A stretch of DNA of 64,000 bases, taken from positions 22,136,001 through 22,200,000 of the forward strand of contig NC_058368.1 in assembly GCF_018350175.1 (NCBI RefSeq), in the 5' to 3' direction. The position numbers were made by a program, and so were the translations under genes. Shown here piece by piece: positions 63,850-64,000 of this stretch. The notes under the pieces were generated by a model that saw only the letters and a program-made list of their open reading frames with translations, was not told where the DNA came from and searched no databases. Position 1 is the first letter of the stretch, and each line of letters starts with the position of its first letter. Source of the DNA: Felis catus. Taxonomy: Eukaryota.

Positions 63850-64000
63850 ATGTGACAGAAGATGCCAACACCCGTGAATCAGCCACACGGAGAAAAGCTG
63901 CCTGTTGTTCAGCAGCACCTGTGCTGGACTATTACATGGGTGATAAAGGTCTAGTATATTAAGCCACTGAAATTTTGGTGTTTGTTATAGCAGCTAGCAT
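63850..64000. mobile_element. MaLR (MLT1-like) LTR end
   Basis: ttaagccactgaaattttggtgtttgttatagcagc is typical of MLT1 termini. Confidence 0.55.

Noticed and set aside
57508..64000. Further upstream CDADC1 coding exons
   Set aside because: No match to the N-terminal deaminase-like domain (HAGQ...PCSAC) seen; the region is mostly repeats

Overview
Mammalian genomic DNA, almost certainly from a felid (cat family), judged by the many Felidae-type Can-SINEs and young carnivore L1s. Two genes converge tail to tail. On the + strand are the last intron, terminal coding exon (13494-13673) and about 2.2 kb of 3' UTR of CAB39L (MO25-beta). On the - strand are the last six coding exons of CDADC1 (57507 down to 38184; 371 C-terminal residues, all GT-AG junctions in phase, HAE and PCxxC zinc-deaminase motifs intact). 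The rest is repeat-rich intron and intergenic DNA: a full-length but disrupted ~6 kb L1 with target-site duplication (TSD), three 5'-truncated L1s, about 24 SINEs (one nested), a truncated MER34-like ERV1 (3' LTR, polypurine tract and non-coding internal region), and old DNA transposons, MaLR, L2, MIR and CR1 relics. Almost all ORFs in the six-frame track are L1 fragments or spurious SINE/microsatellite ORFs. I found no convincing previously undescribed biological system. The best leads are RNA-processing candidates: a perfect 5' splice site fused to a 3' splice site in a CDADC1 intron, sense-oriented L1 polyA signals that could cut CDADC1 between its catalytic motifs, a possible alternative last-exon acceptor, and a triple inverted repeat in the CDADC1 3' UTR. 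Gene and repeat family names come from recall, not from database searches, and repeat boundaries are approximate unless a TSD is given.
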